Assembly: GCA_964529575.1 (NCBI GenBank)
Contig: CAZGXF010000002.1
Coordinates: forward strand, 1-61,785
DNA from: an uncultured bacterium
GTDB taxonomy: Bacteria; Deinococcota; Deinococci; Deinococcales; Trueperaceae
DNA: 61,785 bases
Direction of reading: 5' to 3'
The translations under genes were made by a program, and so were the position numbers. This document shows positions 30,188 through 40,164 of this stretch, in pieces. The number at the start of each line of letters is the position of its first letter. The stretch's first letter is position 1. Below the pieces are notes generated by a model. That model saw nothing but the letters and a program-made list of their open reading frames with translations, had not been told where the DNA came from and made no database searches.

Positions 30188-30457
30188 TCACCACGCGCCC
30201 ACGTCCTCGAGAGCGAGCCTGACCTTGACCGTCGTCTCCCCGGGCCACACGACCCAGTCGCGCGACCTGACGTGCAGGCGGCCGCGGCTGGTGACGATGG
30301 GCACCGCCTCGCCCCCGGCGAAGCGGGCCACGAAGGCCGGCAGGTCGGCCACCGGCATCTCGGCCTCCCACTGCAGGCGCGAGCCGACGACGCCGACGAT
30401 GGCGCCGGCGGTGCCGGCGAGCGTGGCGGGCAGTGGCTCTGGGCGTGGCTCGTCCAT
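30188..30457 (-). CDS. hypothetical protein (89 aa)
   Basis: An ATG-initiated ORF with G/C-dominated third positions, in the same orientation as and downstream of addA. I recognise no motif and there is no clear SD. Confidence 0.45.
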   Translation of the reverse strand: MDEPRPEPLPATLAGTAGAIVGVVGSRLQWEAEMPVADLPAFVARFAGGEAVPIVTSRGRLHVRSRDWVVWPGETTVKVRLALEDVGAW

Positions 30458-30621
30458 GGCCCGAGCATGACCCTCGGCCGCGGCGGCGGCGCCGCGACCT
30501 GGGCAGCTGCCTAGGGGCGTTGGGCCGCCGTCCCTGACCCTCCCGGCCGGAGCCCGGGCCTCAACAGCGCGGCCGCGGACGGTGCCTCAAGATCGCCCCT
30601 ATGGCCCCGCTCCCCACCGCC

Positions 30622-33606
30622 TCATCCGGCTCCCAACACGCCGGAAGCCCGCAGGGCGGCGTCCAGCACGTCGGGCGGCAGCTCCACTACGCGCCGCGAG
30701 CGCAGGTAGACCAGGCGGGTACGCGGACGCACGCCCACGGCGCCGCTCACGGCGTGTCGGTAGAGGCCCAGCTGCACGTGGTAGCGCTCTGGCCGCACGC
30801 GCCTGTCGGTCTTGTAGTCGTCGATCCACCACTCGCCGCCCACGCGGTAGAGCCGGTCGATCACCCCCTCCCAGACGGTCGGGCCGCCCGGGTAGGCCAG
30901 GGGCACCTCCGCCCTGTCCACCTCGCGCGCGTCCAGGCGCGGCAGCGCGCCGCCCAGCAGCTCGTGGTAGCCCGCGAGGAGCTCCGCGACCTCGCGCAGC
31001 AGGTCGTCCTGCTCCTCCGGCGCGTAGGGGAACATCACCTCGTGCGCCCTGAGGCTCTCCAGGAGCGCTGGGTCGGGCGCCCAGTCCTGGCTTATCGCGA
31101 AGTGCACCAGCGTGCCCACCACACGCCCCCGGCCCGGCAGGTCGAGGTGGTAGGCCGAGTGGCCGCCGGCGACGGCGAGCGTCGCGTCGTCGCCCGTGTC
31201 CGCCGCGGCCAGCGTCTGTCCGTCGCCCAGGCCGAGCGCCTCGAAGCGGGTGAGCGGCTCGCCGTCGTCATCGAGGTCGGTGCCGGGCCGGGCGGTGTCG
31301 GACTCGTGCCCCGTCACACGCGAGCGCGCCGCCGTGGCGCCAGTTCGCGCGTCGGCTGGTTCCGCGGTGGCGCCCGGTCGCGCGTCGGGGGGTTCGGCGG
31401 TGGCGCTCTCCGCTACGTCTTCCTCCCGCCGGAGGACGTCCACCAGGCGCGACGGGCTCAGCAGCGGGCCGTGGCGATGCGGTGGGAAACGCCGCCCGGC
31501 CCAGTCCGACGCCGCCACCTCCGGGGCCGTGGTGGCGGCCGCATCCACGTGGCCGTCGAAGCTCCCGGGACGGCAGGTGACCACTGTGACCTGCTCCGCC
31601 GGAGGGTCTTCGGCGAGGCCGAGCGACAGCAGCGTCGCCAGCCAGCCTCGGGCGCCCTTCCCCTCTACGCGCGAGCCCGTGACCAGGAGGTGGTCGCGGG
31701 CGCGCGAGAGAGCCACGTACAGCAGGCGGTGCTCCTCTTGGGCCACCCGCTCGGCCCAGGCCGACCTGACCGCGGCGTCGGGCACGACCGCCGGGAGGGA
31801 CGCCCGGCCGGTGTCCGTGTCGACCACGACCGCCGGCGCACGGTTCCGCTGCGTCCTCGAGGTGTCGTAGACGGCCACGACGTCGAACTCCAGGCCCTTG
31901 GAGGAGTGCACGGTCAGGAGCCTCACGCCGCCCGACTCCACCGGGACCTCCTCGTCCTCGGAACGCCGCGCGAAGGCGTGGAGGAGGTCGATGAGCCTGC
32001 CGAGGTCCGCGGGCTCGTGGGACGCGACGGCGAAGAGCATGGCGTCCACGTTCGCTCTGGCCGCGCGCGACAGGCGCGCCACGAGCGGCGGCCGCCCGGC
32101 CAGGCTGTCGCGCAGCACCGCCCTCAGCGCCTCCAAGGGCGGTGCGAGCGCGATCCGGCGCAGTTCCGCCACGACGGCGTGGGCGTCTGGCCGTACGCGC
32201 CGCAGCTCGGCGATCGGGTCGTCCGCGGCCAGGACGTCGCGCACCTCGGCCAGGCTCAGCTCGCAGAGGGGCCCGCGGAGGAAGGGGCCGAGGGCGTCGC
32301 GCCCGGCGCCGGCGCCCACCTCGAGGGCGTGGCGCACGTCGAGCAGCTCCTGGCGGCGGAACAGGCCGCGGCGCCCGTACGACGTGGGCACGCCCCGCGC
32401 CTGCAGCGCCGCCTGCACCCGCGCGAGCTGCCCGTGGGTGCGCGCCAGCACGGCCATGCGGTGGAACGGCACGTCGTGCTCTCGGTGCAGGGCGACGATC
32501 CTGGCCGCCAGCAGCTCCCGCTCCGCGGCTCGGAGCGCCTCCAAGCCCCCCTCCCCCACCACCACGGCGAGCTCCACGGAGCCGGGCACCTCGGCCTGCG
32601 GCCCCGCGGCCACGACCTCGGGCGCCTCGCCCTCCTCGAACCCCTCGCCGGCGCGCGCCAGGCAGGTCGTCAGGCGGTTGAGGACACCCACCACGGCGCG
32701 CGAGTGACGGCGCGACTCGGTGAGCGGCGGCAGCACGTCGCCCGTCTCCCGGGCGGCCGCCAGCGCCCGGCGGAACACGTTCACGTCGGCGTTGCGGAAG
32801 AGGTAGATCGACTGCTTCGGGTCGCCGACGACCTCCACCGACGCGCCCGCCTCCTCGAGGCGGGCGAAGAACTCGCCCTGCAGCGGGTTCACGTCCTGGA
32901 ACTCGTCGACGAGCACGACGGGGTAGCGCCGCACCAGGCGCTCCCGGGCGACGGGGTGCTCGAGGAGGCGCAGCGCGGCGCGCTCGACCTCGCCCGGCCC
33001 CAGGCGTCGGCCGGCGTAGCGCTGCAGCAGCCGCTCGTACGCCGCCCGGTACAGCGCGCCGACGGCCTGCGACAGCGGGTCGGGGTCGAACGTCAGGCCG
33101 GCCGCCAGCGAGCGCCGCTTGAAGACCTCGACAGGCAGCCAGGCGGCGTGCGGGCCCGCGACCCGCAGCGCCTCATGCAGCGGGTGGCCCGGCTCCCGCG
33201 CCAGGAGCCTCAGCGAGTCGAGCTCCTCGGCGAAGTCGGCCACGGCCTCCGGCTCGGTGGCCATCGCGAAGCGCGGGTCGTAGGAGAGCAGGGGCGCCGA
33301 CAGCCTGAGCCCCGCGATCATGAAGCCGTGGATGGTCTTGAGGAGCGCGCCGCCGACCTCGCGTCTCGCCGCCTCGAACGGCTCGAGGCCGCGCTCGGGG
33401 CGGTAGAGGCCGCCCAGGTAGCTGCCGCGCTCGAGCACCTCCTGCAGGCCGGCCGCCACGCGGCCGCGCAGCTCGGCCGCCGCCGCACGGGTGTACGTGA
33501 CCCCCGCGATGCGGCGCAACGGCGTGCCGTCGCCGATCAGCTCGAGGTAGCGGTTGACGAGGCTCGTCGTCTTGCCCGTGCCCGCCGAGGCGACCCTGAC
33601 CCTCAC
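30622..33606 (-). CDS. addA: ATP-dependent helicase/nuclease AddA-type (UvrD/Rep helicase plus C-terminal PD-(D/E)XK nuclease)
   Basis: GTG 33606 overlaps the addB stop (GTGA). Walker A ASAGTGKT, VDEFQD and VHSSKGLEF are present. The C-terminal nuclease motifs are GVIDRLY and IDDYKTD. The track ORF extends spuriously to 34338. Confidence 0.88.
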   Translation of the reverse strand: MRVRVASAGTGKTTSLVNRYLELIGDGTPLRRIAGVTYTRAAAAELRGRVAAGLQEVLERGSYLGGLYRPERGLEPFEAARREVGGALLKTIHGFMIAGLRLSAPLLSYDPRFAMATEPEAVADFAEELDSLRLLAREPGHPLHEALRVAGPHAAWLPVEVFKRRSLAAGLTFDPDPLSQAVGALYRAAYERLLQRYAGRRLGPGEVERAALRLLEHPVARERLVRRYPVVLVDEFQDVNPLQGEFFARLEEAGASVEVVGDPKQSIYLFRNADVNVFRRALAAARETGDVLPPLTESRRHSRAVVGVLNRLTTCLARAGEGFEEGEAPEVVAAGPQAEVPGSVELAVVVGEGGLEALRAAERELLAARIVALHREHDVPFHRMAVLARTHGQLARVQAALQARGVPTSYGRRGLFRRQELLDVRHALEVGAGAGRDALGPFLRGPLCELSLAEVRDVLAADDPIAELRRVRPDAHAVVAELRRIALAPPLEALRAVLRDSLAGRPPLVARLSRAARANVDAMLFAVASHEPADLGRLIDLLHAFARRSEDEEVPVESGGVRLLTVHSSKGLEFDVVAVYDTSRTQRNRAPAVVVDTDTGRASLPAVVPDAAVRSAWAERVAQEEHRLLYVALSRARDHLLVTGSRVEGKGARGWLATLLSLGLAEDPPAEQVTVVTCRPGSFDGHVDAAATTAPEVAASDWAGRRFPPHRHGPLLSPSRLVDVLRREEDVAESATAEPPDARPGATAEPADARTGATAARSRVTGHESDTARPGTDLDDDGEPLTRFEALGLGDGQTLAAADTGDDATLAVAGGHSAYHLDLPGRGRVVGTLVHFAISQDWAPDPALLESLRAHEVMFPYAPEEQDDLLREVAELLAGYHELLGGALPRLDAREVDRAEVPLAYPGGPTVWEGVIDRLYRVGGEWWIDDYKTDRRVRPERYHVQLGLYRHAVSGAVGVRPRTRLVYLRSRRVVELPPDVLDAALRASGVLGAG
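31334..31407. repeat. 33-bp tandem repeat (about 2.2 copies) inside addA
   Basis: The units at 31334-31366 and 31367-31399 are near-identical, and a third copy begins at 31400. They encode ATAEPPDARPG / ATAEPADARTG in the helicase-nuclease linker. Confidence 0.8.
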
Positions 33607-36140
33607 GGCAGCACCGCCATGCGGCACACGGCCGCCACGCGGCAGCGCCGGCAGCGGTACTCGTCCGGGCTCGGCTCGACGTGTCCCTCGGCGATCAGCC
33701 GCAGGGCGCGCGCCACGCCGGCCTCGGCCGCGGCCATCTTGTCCTTCATCGGCCCCCGGCTCGAGTCCTCGAAGCGGATGGGCTCGCTCAGGAGCGGCCA
33801 CACGAAGACCTCGACGTGCCGTGCCCTCCGCCGCCAGCGCTCCATGACGACCTTCGCCGCGAGGTACTCGGTCCAGCGGCCCGCCTGCACGGAGCGCGCG
33901 AAGTCCCAGCCTGGCTCGTCGGTGGGGCCGGTGAAGCGGTACAGCGTCGCCCGCGAGCCGCCGCCGGCGAGCTCGTGGCGCCTGGCCGCGTCGACGTACG
34001 CGCTCACGCCGAGGCCGTCGTGGCGCACCTCCGCGTGCCACCGCAGGCACGTGAGCAGCTCCGCGTGCTCCTCCAGCCAGCCGGCCGCCCAGGGGAAGTC
34101 GGCCGCGAGCCCCTCCAGGCGCGTGCGGCTCAACCCGGCCTCGGCCTTCAGGGCAGCGAGGAGCTCGCTCCACTCGTCGCCGCCCGCGGGGTCGTCGAGC
34201 AGCCGCCGCAGCTCCTCCTCGCCGGCGCGCGCGGCGTCGACGCCGCCGGCGGCGGCCTCGGCGTCGGGGTCCTCGAGGTCCAGGGCCTGCTCGCCCCAGG
34301 CCTTGAGGGCGCACTCCTCCACGAGCTCGCGCAGCCACTCGAGCTGCGGCCCGCCGTCCGGCGCCAGCGGGACCTCGATCCCGCCCGGCAGCGGGTCGAA
34401 CCGCGGCCGGTACGGCACGTCCGCGCCCAGCTCGAGGAGGCTGCCCGCCGGCACGACCGGCAGGGGCTCGAGCTCCCGTGGGTCGCCGGTGAGGCGCTCG
34501 TCGGGAACAAGGGCGCCCGCGGGGCCGGCCAGCGGCACGGTCACGACGGTGACCCGGCCGCGGCTAAGCAGCTCGGCCACCACGAGGTCGTCCCCGCCGG
34601 CGAAGCGCCGCGGCAGGCAGCCGACGCCGCGCACCGGAGCGCGGGCCTCGTCCGGCACGAAGTAGTCCTCTCGCTCGCCGGCCGTGTAGGCGCCCACCGT
34701 GGCGCCCATGACGTAGCAGCGCTCGAAGCGGCGCCCGGAGGCGAGGTCGGCGGTGAGCAGCGCGACCCCGCCCTGGTGGCTCTGCGGGTACGGCACGTCC
34801 TGCAGCAGGGCGGCCAGCCACGCCTGGAAGCGCTCGCCGCCGCCCAGCCGCGCGGCGTGCTGCGCCGCGATGAGCACGCGCTCCCTGAAGGCCGGCTCCA
34901 CGTCGTTGGTGAGCGCCAGCACCTCGTCGACGAGCCAGCGGGTCCAGGCGACCGGGTCGCCGGTCACGGCCAGCAGCTCGGTCCAGCGGGCCAACGCGTC
35001 TCCCAGGCCCAGCGCGCGCGCCACGCGCCCCAGCGCGTCGCCGCCCGTGACGCCGAGGCGCAGGGCGGCGGCGGCCACCGGCGCCAGCTCCGGCACGGCC
35101 AGCAGCCGCGACGGGGTCGGGCTGGAGTTCAGCTCGAGGAGGTCGAGGAGGGCCCGTCCCTCGGCCGAGTCGGCCAACGAGGCGCCGCGCTCGTCCATCA
35201 GGGGCACGCCGTACTCGTCGGCCAGCGCGGCCAAGGCGTCGGCAGCGCCGCCGGGCGCCACCACGGCGAGGTCGAGCGGGTCCACCCCCTCGGCGAGGTC
35301 GCGCTTGAGGTTGCGCAGCACCCACCGCGCCTCGTCGACGACGTTCACGGCGGCGTACCGGCGCAGCTCCACCGCCAGCGGGTCGCGCTGGAGGGCGAGG
35401 TCCGGGGCCCGCCCAGGCGGGGGCGTGGGCAGTGCAACATGTACCGGCACGTGCCGGGCCAGGCCGTCGAGGAAGCGCCAGTCGAGGGGACCGAGCTCGC
35501 GCCAGCCGTCGACGACGACGAGGTCGGGCAGGCCGGCCCTGGCGCGGGCGCTCTGCGCCCCCAGCAGGGCGGCGAACGCCCCGCCGTCCGCCAGCCGGGC
35601 CGCGGCGCTGCGCACGTCGTCGTAGTCCCAGCGCCCCGCCAGGGCCTCCTGGTAGGCCTCGTAGACGAGCGTGAGGCGTTCCAGCTCGAAGTCGAGCGCG
35701 AGCCCGCGCAGGCCGGAGGGCGGCACCTCGAAGCGCTTGGCCTCGGCGATGGCCGCCGCGAACAGCTTCGCCTCGCCCGGCGACGGCTCCCGCCCCAGCG
35801 CCCGCCTGAGCGCCTCGGCCACGAGCACCACGCGCGCCGTGCCGACGACGAGTGGCCTCAGCTCCTGGGGAGCGGCGGCCGAGAGCACGCGGTAGTAGGC
35901 CTGCTGCGCCCCCACGACCTCGAGGCCGAGGACCGCCCGCCCTCCGGCGGTCACGCGCCTGAAGACGTAGGGCCGCTGGTGCGGCAGCCCGACCCACCAC
36001 ACCCTGTGGCCGGCGGCGCACGCCTCGCGCACGACGTCCACCATGTGCGCCGTCTTGCCCGAGGCGGGCGGACCTACGACGAGCCTAGGCCTCGTCCCCC
36101 CACGGTCGAGCGGCGCCGCTCCCCCGACAGCCGGCGGCAC
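33603..36140 (-). CDS. addB: AddB-type helicase-nuclease subunit with an Fe-S cysteine cluster
   Basis: N-terminal Walker A GPPASGKT. The C-terminal CxxCxxxxxC is YRCRRCRVAAVC. The gene is translationally coupled to addA. Confidence 0.83.
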   Translation of the reverse strand: MPPAVGGAAPLDRGGTRPRLVVGPPASGKTAHMVDVVREACAAGHRVWWVGLPHQRPYVFRRVTAGGRAVLGLEVVGAQQAYYRVLSAAAPQELRPLVVGTARVVLVAEALRRALGREPSPGEAKLFAAAIAEAKRFEVPPSGLRGLALDFELERLTLVYEAYQEALAGRWDYDDVRSAAARLADGGAFAALLGAQSARARAGLPDLVVVDGWRELGPLDWRFLDGLARHVPVHVALPTPPPGRAPDLALQRDPLAVELRRYAAVNVVDEARWVLRNLKRDLAEGVDPLDLAVVAPGGAADALAALADEYGVPLMDERGASLADSAEGRALLDLLELNSSPTPSRLLAVPELAPVAAAALRLGVTGGDALGRVARALGLGDALARWTELLAVTGDPVAWTRWLVDEVLALTNDVEPAFRERVLIAAQHAARLGGGERFQAWLAALLQDVPYPQSHQGGVALLTADLASGRRFERCYVMGATVGAYTAGEREDYFVPDEARAPVRGVGCLPRRFAGGDDLVVAELLSRGRVTVVTVPLAGPAGALVPDERLTGDPRELEPLPVVPAGSLLELGADVPYRPRFDPLPGGIEVPLAPDGGPQLEWLRELVEECALKAWGEQALDLEDPDAEAAAGGVDAARAGEEELRRLLDDPAGGDEWSELLAALKAEAGLSRTRLEGLAADFPWAAGWLEEHAELLTCLRWHAEVRHDGLGVSAYVDAARRHELAGGGSRATLYRFTGPTDEPGWDFARSVQAGRWTEYLAAKVVMERWRRRARHVEVFVWPLLSEPIRFEDSSRGPMKDKMAAAEAGVARALRLIAEGHVEPSPDEYRCRRCRVAAVCRMAVLP

Positions 36141-36154
36141 TCAGGCTCTTCGGC

Positions 36155-36577
36155 TCAGAGCCCGGGCAGCAGGCGCCTGTCCCAGGGGATGGCGTAGGCG
36201 ATGGCGAGAGCGGCGAGGAGGTAGAAGACGAGCGCCTGCCTGGGGTTGTCCGTCTTGCGGCCCCGCGAGGCTCCCACGTGCACCAGCGCGGCCGCGACGA
36301 CCATCATCACGGGGTGCTCGATGACGATCTTCCTCTGGGCGGGGTCGCTCATGACCGCGCCCATGTTGCCGAGGGCGCTGCGCACCAGCGGGCTCACGAA
36401 CCAGAGCACCAGGCCCAGCAGCACCTGGACGTCGACGGCGATCGTGAACCAGCGCGCCAGGGAGTTCTGCGCCGGGGTCCAGCGCTGCGCGACCAGCGCG
36501 CTGACCACCGAGACGACGCCCAACACGACTACTACCCATCTGACGACGTTGTGGAGGTCGAGGAGACCCGTGTACAT
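36155..36577 (-). CDS. hypothetical 4-TM membrane protein
   Basis: ATG 36577 is residue 17 of the track ORF and is preceded by GGGAGGGAAC. The protein has four hydrophobic helices and conserved-looking His residues. It lies 14 nt upstream of addB. Confidence 0.7.
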   Translation of the reverse strand: MYTGLLDLHNVVRWVVVVLGVVSVVSALVAQRWTPAQNSLARWFTIAVDVQVLLGLVLWFVSPLVRSALGNMGAVMSDPAQRKIVIEHPVMMVVAAALVHVGASRGRKTDNPRQALVFYLLAALAIAYAIPWDRRLLPGL

Positions 36578-36629
36578 GTTCCCTCCCGTTGCCGCCCCGC
36601 CCTCGCGCGGCGAGCTCAGCCGCAAGGTA

Positions 36630-38744
<2,115 letters not shown>

Positions 38745-38750
38745 GACCGC

Positions 38751-38756
38751 ACGCTA
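38751..38756 (-). promoter_or_regulatory. -10-like TAGCGT 6 nt upstream of ATG 38744 (leaderless-type arrangement)
   Basis: The minus strand reads TAGCGT-gcggtc-ATG, with no SD. Confidence 0.35.
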
Positions 38757-38777
38757 GCCGAAGGCGGCGGCTCGCGG

Positions 38778-38866
38778 GGACCACTAAGGACACCCGGCAG
38801 GGGGCGGAGCGGACCACACGAGGCCCCGTAGGACCACGAAGGACGCCCGGCGCCGGACCACGAAGG
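38778..38866. repeat. four direct copies of GGACCAC(n)AAGG-like motif
   Basis: GGACCAC occurs at 38778, 38811, 38831 and 38855. The last two copies are the identical 12-mer GGACCACGAAGG. Confidence 0.75.
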
Positions 38867-38881
38867 TCGGCGCCGGGCGTC
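38842..38881 (-). terminator. strong hairpin between ppiC and the DUF255 gene
   Basis: A perfect 14-bp stem GACGCCCGGCGCCG / CGGCGCCGGGCGTC with a 12-nt loop that contains one GGACCACGAAGG copy. Confidence 0.5.
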
Positions 38882-38982
38882 GCGCTGGGTGGACGATGTT
38901 GGAAGGCGGTGGAGTGGACGTGGGATGACGTCCAGCGCTGGGGTGAAGCTAACCCCACCAGCCTTACAGGTCTCTTACAGAG

Positions 38983-39001
38983 CCAGGAGGCTCCCTCCTG
39001 G
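38983..39001 (-). terminator. hairpin directly after the ppiC stop
   Basis: CCAGGAGG-CTC-CCTCCTGG, 10 nt downstream of the TAG stop at 39012-39014 (minus strand). Confidence 0.4.
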
Positions 39002-39011
39002 ACGCGCGGCG

Positions 39012-40055
39012 CTACTCCGCCGGCGCGGCGGGCGCCGGGACGCGCTCGGGGTAGGTGACGAGACCGGAGCCGCGCATCAGGCCCTCCATGGCCGCGAAGG
39101 CGGCGTCGGCGGCCGCGCTCTCGGCCACGGCGTCGCGCACCTCCTCGAACGGCAGGACGGACGCGGGGCGGTGCTCGTAGACGAGCAGCGCGTGGTAGCC
39201 GAACTGGGTCTGCACCGGGCCGGACACTGCGCCAACCTCGGCGGCCAAGACGGCCTCCTCGAACGGCGCCACCATCATCCCCCGCTGGAAGCAGCCCAGG
39301 TCGCCGCCCGTGCGGGCGGTGCCGTCGGTGCCGTGCTCGCCCGCGAGCGTCGCGAAGTCCTCGCCGCCCCGCACCCGGTCCACGAGCTCTTGGGCCAGGG
39401 CCTCCTCGGCGACGAGGATGTGCCTGGCGCAGTAGGTCTCGGGCTGGGTGTAGCGGGCTATGTCGGCGAGGTACCGCACGCGCACCTCCTGGTCGGTCGG
39501 CTGCGACTCCTCGCGGATCGCGTTCACGACCTGGCCGATGAGGTCGGCCTCGCGGATCAGCGTCACCAGGGCCTCCTCGCTGGGGAAGCCCGCCTCGGTG
39601 AGGGCGGTCTCGTAGTCCTCGGCGGCCACCGACGCGCGCAGCCTGTCGAGGGTCTCCTGCACGGCGGTCTCGTCGGGCACCAGGCTGCGCTGGGCCGCCT
39701 CGCGCAGCAGCACCAGCTCGGTGCCGCGCTGCTCGATGTACTGCGGCATCAGACCGCGCAGCTGGACGGCGATGTCGTCGGTGTAGGGGATGCCCTGGCC
39801 GGCGGCGAAGCTGCGCATCGCCACCTCGAAGCGCCACGCGACGTCGCTGAGCCGCTCGACGGTGCCGCCCAGCCTGATGAGCACCGGGTCGGCGTCGGAG
39901 CGCGGCGGCACGGCCTCCTGCGCGGGAGCCGGCTGCTCCTCGGCGGGCGGCACCGGGGCGGGCTCCTGCGCGCTGGCCGGTATGGCGACGAGTAGTGCGG
40001 CGAGCAGGGCCAAGAGCCCCGCCCGCGCGAGCGGACGCTCACGGGTCTTCTTCAC
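39012..40055 (-). CDS. secreted PpiC/parvulin-type peptidyl-prolyl isomerase (SurA/PrsA-like)
   Basis: Signal peptide MKKTRERPLARAGLLALLAALLVAIPASA. The parvulin core is ARHILV...GGDLGCFQRGMMVAPFEEAV. Confidence 0.85.
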   Translation of the reverse strand: MKKTRERPLARAGLLALLAALLVAIPASAQEPAPVPPAEEQPAPAQEAVPPRSDADPVLIRLGGTVERLSDVAWRFEVAMRSFAAGQGIPYTDDIAVQLRGLMPQYIEQRGTELVLLREAAQRSLVPDETAVQETLDRLRASVAAEDYETALTEAGFPSEEALVTLIREADLIGQVVNAIREESQPTDQEVRVRYLADIARYTQPETYCARHILVAEEALAQELVDRVRGGEDFATLAGEHGTDGTARTGGDLGCFQRGMMVAPFEEAVLAAEVGAVSGPVQTQFGYHALLVYEHRPASVLPFEEVRDAVAESAAADAAFAAMEGLMRGSGLVTYPERVPAPAAPAE

Positions 40056-40100
40056 GCCCGCAGGCTACTACGGATGCTCATGAGGCCAAGGGCGCGGCGT

Positions 40101-40142
40101 CCGGCCCCGAACCCGGCGGCGACCGGCCCCGAACCGGGCGGC
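40101..40142. repeat. 22-bp-period tandem duplication in the dnaJ-ppiC spacer
   Basis: CCGGCCCCGAACCCGGCGGC at 40101-40120 and CCGGCCCCGAACCGGGCGGC at 40123-40142 differ at one position. Confidence 0.7.
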
Positions 40143-40164
40143 CCCGGCCTCGAAGTGCCCGTCG

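Noticed and set aside
30601-34665. A 1354-aa plus-strand ORF overlapping addA/addB. Many similar long ORFs occur elsewhere, for example 8997-11102, 24017-26446, 36904-39837, 41259-43076, 44220-46277, 13249-14958 and 60453-61661.
   Set aside because: They run antisense or out of frame to genes with clear conserved motifs. Their translations are Arg/Ala/Gly/Pro-rich low-complexity strings with no recognisable domains. This is the expected artefact of stop-codon-poor, very GC-rich DNA.
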